DNA of 64,000 nt from contig JAFRLA010000030.1 in the NCBI GenBank assembly GCA_017431465.1, forward strand, positions 276 to 64,275, in the 5' to 3' direction. The DNA is from Candidatus Saccharimonadota bacterium. GTDB lineage: Bacteria > Patescibacteriota > Saccharimonadia > Saccharimonadales > Saccharimonadaceae. The notes under the pieces are model-generated. The model was given only the letters and a program-made list of their open reading frames with translations. It did no database searches and was not told where the DNA came from. Position 1 is the first letter of the stretch. Each line of letters opens with the position of its first letter. The translations under genes were made by a program, and so were the position numbers. Below, piece by piece: positions 61,619-64,000 of the stretch.

Positions 61619-62089
61619 ATGACTTATCAAAAACATTTCATGGAAATCGCAGTGGCCGAAGCCAGGGAGGGAATTGAAAAAGGGCACGGCGGGCCGTTCG
61701 GGGCCGTAGTAGTAAAGGATGGCGAGGTCGTCGCCTCGTCGCACAATCAGGTTTTATCTAGCAACGATTCGACCTGCCACGGCGAAATCGCCGCGATTCG
61801 AAAAGCCGAGCAGGCACTCGGAACATATGACTTGTCCGAATGCGAACTTTACACGACGGGCGAACCTTGCCCGATGTGCCTCGCGGCGATCCTTTGGGCG
61901 AATATCGATAAGGTTTATTACGGCCGCACTTTAGCCGACAACGCTCGCGTCGGTTTTCGCGACGCGAAAATTGACGAAATGCTTGGCGGCAGAAACAATC
62001 TCCCAGCAGATTTCATGGAAGAAAAAGACCGGGAACTATGTTTGGAGCTTTTTGATAAATACAATAAAATGGACAAGACGATTTACTAA
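61619..62089 (+). CDS. guaD: CDA-fold deaminase, guanine deaminase (GuaD)-like
   Basis: Motifs GGPFGAVVVKDG, CHGEIAAIRKA and PCPMCLAAILWA. Its 156-aa length is as in Bacillus GuaD. Confidence 0.8.
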   Translation: MTYQKHFMEIAVAEAREGIEKGHGGPFGAVVVKDGEVVASSHNQVLSSNDSTCHGEIAAIRKAEQALGTYDLSECELYTTGEPCPMCLAAILWANIDKVYYGRTLADNARVGFRDAKIDEMLGGRNNLPADFMEEKDRELCLELFDKYNKMDKTIY

Positions 62090-62169
62090 CTCTTGGTGAC
62101 CTCACTCGCAGACGCTGAAAAAATGTAAACAAAAAGTCGCGAAAGATTTAAAAATGCTATAATATAACT

Positions 62170-63303
62170 ATGCACGAAATCAAATGTCCAAATTGTGGGA
62201 AAACTTTCAAAGTCGACGAGACGAGTTATGCGGCGATTTTGGCGCAGGTTCGTGGCAAAGAATTTGATGAGGAGCTTCACGAGCGCCTGGCGCAGCTCGA
62301 AAAATCCAACGACGAACGTCTGAGACAGCTTAAACGCGAGCACGAAAGTGAACTCGAACTTGCCGAAGAAAAAACTAAGTCTAAATCAAAAGAAGAAATT
62401 TTAGAATTAAAGCAACAGATTTTTGAATTAAATAGCAGCCTGAAAACTAAGGATGCCGAAACGAAAGTCCGTGAACAATCGTTGAAAGAAAAATATGAGA
62501 ACATGATCGATTTCCAGAAGGAAGAAATTGAGCGCCTGAAAGACATGAAAGCGAGACAAAGCACCAAAATGGTCGGCGAAACTTTAGAGCAACATTGCGA
62601 AAACGAGTTTAACAAGCTCCGCGCGACCGGTTTTAAAAACGCCTACTTCGAAAAAGACAATGAAGTATCGAAATCCGGCAGTAAAGGCGATTACATTTAT
62701 AAAGAAACCGACGAAAACGGCACGGAAATTATCAGCATCATGTTCGAGATGAAAAACGAGAACGAAACGACCGCGACGAAGCACAAAAACGAGGACTTCC
62801 TAAAGGAGCTAGACAAGGATCGAAACGAGAAAAACTGTGAATACGCCGTTCTAGTTTCATTGCTCGAACAAGACAGCGAGCTTTATAATACCGGCATCGT
62901 CGATGTTTCGCATCGCTTCCCGAAGATGTATGTTATCCGCCCACAATTTTTCATTCCGATGATTACCCTACTTCGAAACGCCGCGCTAAATTCTATGCAA
63001 TATAAAAACGAACTCGCGGTGATCCAGAATCAGAATCTCGACATTAAACATTTTGAAGAAAATATGGAAGCGTTTAAGGCTGGTTTCGCGAAGAATTATG
63101 ATCTCGCTAGCCGTAAGTTCCAGTCTGCCATCGACGAAATCGACAAAACGATTAGTCATCTTCAAAAGACCAAGGACGCGCTTCTTAGCTCCGAAAACAA
63201 TCTTCGCCTCGCGAACAATAAAGCCCAGGATCTAACTATTAAACGCCTCACCAAGGGCAATCCAACGATGGCCCAAAAATTCGAAGATGTGAAAAAGCGC
63301 TAA
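62170..63303 (+). CDS. DUF2130-like protein (zinc ribbon, coiled coil, putative PD-(D/E)xK-like core)
   Basis: An N-terminal CPNCG and a long Glu/Lys coiled coil. GDYIY...IMFEMKNE resembles a D...ExK motif. TATAAT at 62158-62163 lies 6 nt before the ATG. Confidence 0.7.
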   Translation: MHEIKCPNCGKTFKVDETSYAAILAQVRGKEFDEELHERLAQLEKSNDERLRQLKREHESELELAEEKTKSKSKEEILELKQQIFELNSSLKTKDAETKVREQSLKEKYENMIDFQKEEIERLKDMKARQSTKMVGETLEQHCENEFNKLRATGFKNAYFEKDNEVSKSGSKGDYIYKETDENGTEIISIMFEMKNENETTATKHKNEDFLKELDKDRNEKNCEYAVLVSLLEQDSELYNTGIVDVSHRFPKMYVIRPQFFIPMITLLRNAALNSMQYKNELAVIQNQNLDIKHFEENMEAFKAGFAKNYDLASRKFQSAIDEIDKTISHLQKTKDALLSSENNLRLANNKAQDLTIKRLTKGNPTMAQKFEDVKKR

Positions 63304-63489
63304 GTTCGCGCACGCAGAACTGCAGAACTGACAATTCCGTAGAACTTTTCCGGGCCGCCCTCAAAAACTCGCGAGCGCGCCGGCACAAACCCATCCAGCA
63401 AATGTCGAGCGACGGACTCAGGATCAGAAATCTCATAAAACAAGAAAAACAAGACTAAAACACAAAAAACAGGAAATCGCTAAAACCTA

Positions 63490-63518
63490 TTGACAAAACC
63501 GCCACAAAATGGTAAAAT
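63490..63518 (+). promoter_or_regulatory. promoter TTGACA-17-TAAAAT
   Basis: TTGACA at 63490-63495 and TAAAAT at 63513-63518, with 9 nt before the ATG at 63528. Confidence 0.6.
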
Positions 63519-63527
63519 ATAAAAGTT

Positions 63528-64000
63528 ATGCGCGAAAATTCGAAGCATACCAGCGACGAGCGGTATCTCCGAACCGAAGCAAAAATACAGAACACAATCG
63601 ACACTATGCTCATAAATAAAAGGGTGGTGACGAAGGTCAGGGATTTCTGCGTGTCGGCGAGGATTAATCCCGCCACTTTTTATGGCCACTACGAAAGTAT
63701 CGGCGACGTGATTTTTGAGCGCGACCGCCGCGAAGCCGAAAGTCTGCGACAATATCTTGCTAATACCTCGAATCTAGAAATTGCTTTTCAGAAAACTTTC
63801 CGCTACATCGACGACCATAAAACTTATTTCAAAAGCATCACCACGCGCGACAACATCTGCCCGTATAAAAACCTAGTCATAACTCTAAAACCAGTATTAT
63901 TCGAAAACTGGGACGATTACCATAAGTGGGATGAAAAACGCGGGCAAAAACTCGAAAAAGTTTGCCATAAACTCACGTTCGAAGTTGCCGGCGAGTATAA
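63528..64000 (+). CDS. TetR-like transcriptional regulator, 3' end outside the window
   Basis: The frame is open from ATG 63528 to the window edge, so it is absent from the ORF track because it has no stop. The HTH-like segment VRDFCVSARINPATFYGHYESIGDV is present. Confidence 0.6.
   Translation, partial: MRENSKHTSDERYLRTEAKIQNTIDTMLINKRVVTKVRDFCVSARINPATFYGHYESIGDVIFERDRREAESLRQYLANTSNLEIAFQKTFRYIDDHKTYFKSITTRDNICPYKNLVITLKPVLFENWDDYHKWDEKRGQKLEKVCHKLTFEVAGEY

Noticed and set aside
63304-63489. A relatively GC-rich 190-nt spacer after the DUF2130 gene, with a 62-aa minus-strand ORF (63248-63436). It was considered as a gene remnant or ncRNA.
   Set aside because: It has no start or SD context, no recognisable motif in any frame and no convincing secondary structure or terminator. 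It cannot be supported from the sequence alone.
1-64000. Alternative genetic code (UGA as sense, as in some CPR lineages) or TAA read-through to explain the rubrerythrin stop.
   Set aside because: TGA cleanly terminates supported genes (the histidine kinase at 35389-35391, the small ORF at 58588-58590 and the AlkD-like gene at 59393-59395). Long conserved genes contain no in-frame TGA. TAA is the commonest genuine stop here, so recoding is unlikely.
1-64000. Search for CRISPR arrays, IS elements or transposases, integrases, prophage genes and rRNA.
   Set aside because: No regularly spaced direct repeats were seen, and no transposase-, integrase- or cas-like ORFs. No rRNA-like conserved stretches were recognised by eye. 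This was visual inspection only.

Overview
The window is a gene-dense (about 90% coding), mostly plus-strand stretch of a small-genome bacterium. It uses the standard code: TGA, TAA and TAG all terminate well-supported genes. Gene content and style suggest a Patescibacteria/CPR organism, possibly Saccharibacteria-like, but this is inference only because no database search was possible.

Most of the window is housekeeping:
- Glycolysis: pyk, pgk, a class I aldolase fusion, eno.
- Proteolysis and repair: clpC, clpP, radA, ruvABC, a short uvrC, xseAB, recO, rarA, sbcB.
- Translation: glyQS, metG, pheST, L25, L27, rsmA and eight tRNAs.
- Envelope: uppP, lgt, an LtaS-like enzyme, secG, a G5/transglycosylase protein and a type IV pilin.
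- Redox: a gpx-ohrR-trxA-trxB operon.

No CRISPR array, IS element, integrase or rRNA was seen.

The strongest candidate for a novel system is a four-gene surface-protein cluster at about 25.2-29.3 kb. It encodes a secreted beta-rich protein, two paralogous C-terminally anchored proteins and a VPKTG sortase-type protein. This organisation mirrors the Firmicute csc/WxL cell-surface complex loci.
- A decayed, frameshifted paralog of its first gene, fused to half of a Fibrobacter-type (FISUMP) domain, lies at 42.1-42.9 kb.
- A further FISUMP remnant sits beside tRNA-Val.
- A second secreted-protein / PKTG tail-anchored pair lies at 55.7-57.8 kb.

Other notable points:
- Pervasive TATAAT-N6/7-ATG (leaderless) operon starts.
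- A PfkB-like pseudokinase fused to class I aldolase.
- A rubrerythrin with TAA replacing a di-iron ligand Glu codon.
- A 170-nt inverted repeat between glyQS and ppa.
- Tandem palindromic operators upstream of the ohrR operon.
- An atypical MIP channel.
- A frameshifted AlkD-like gene.
- A phosphoesterase-ExoI-guanine deaminase operon.
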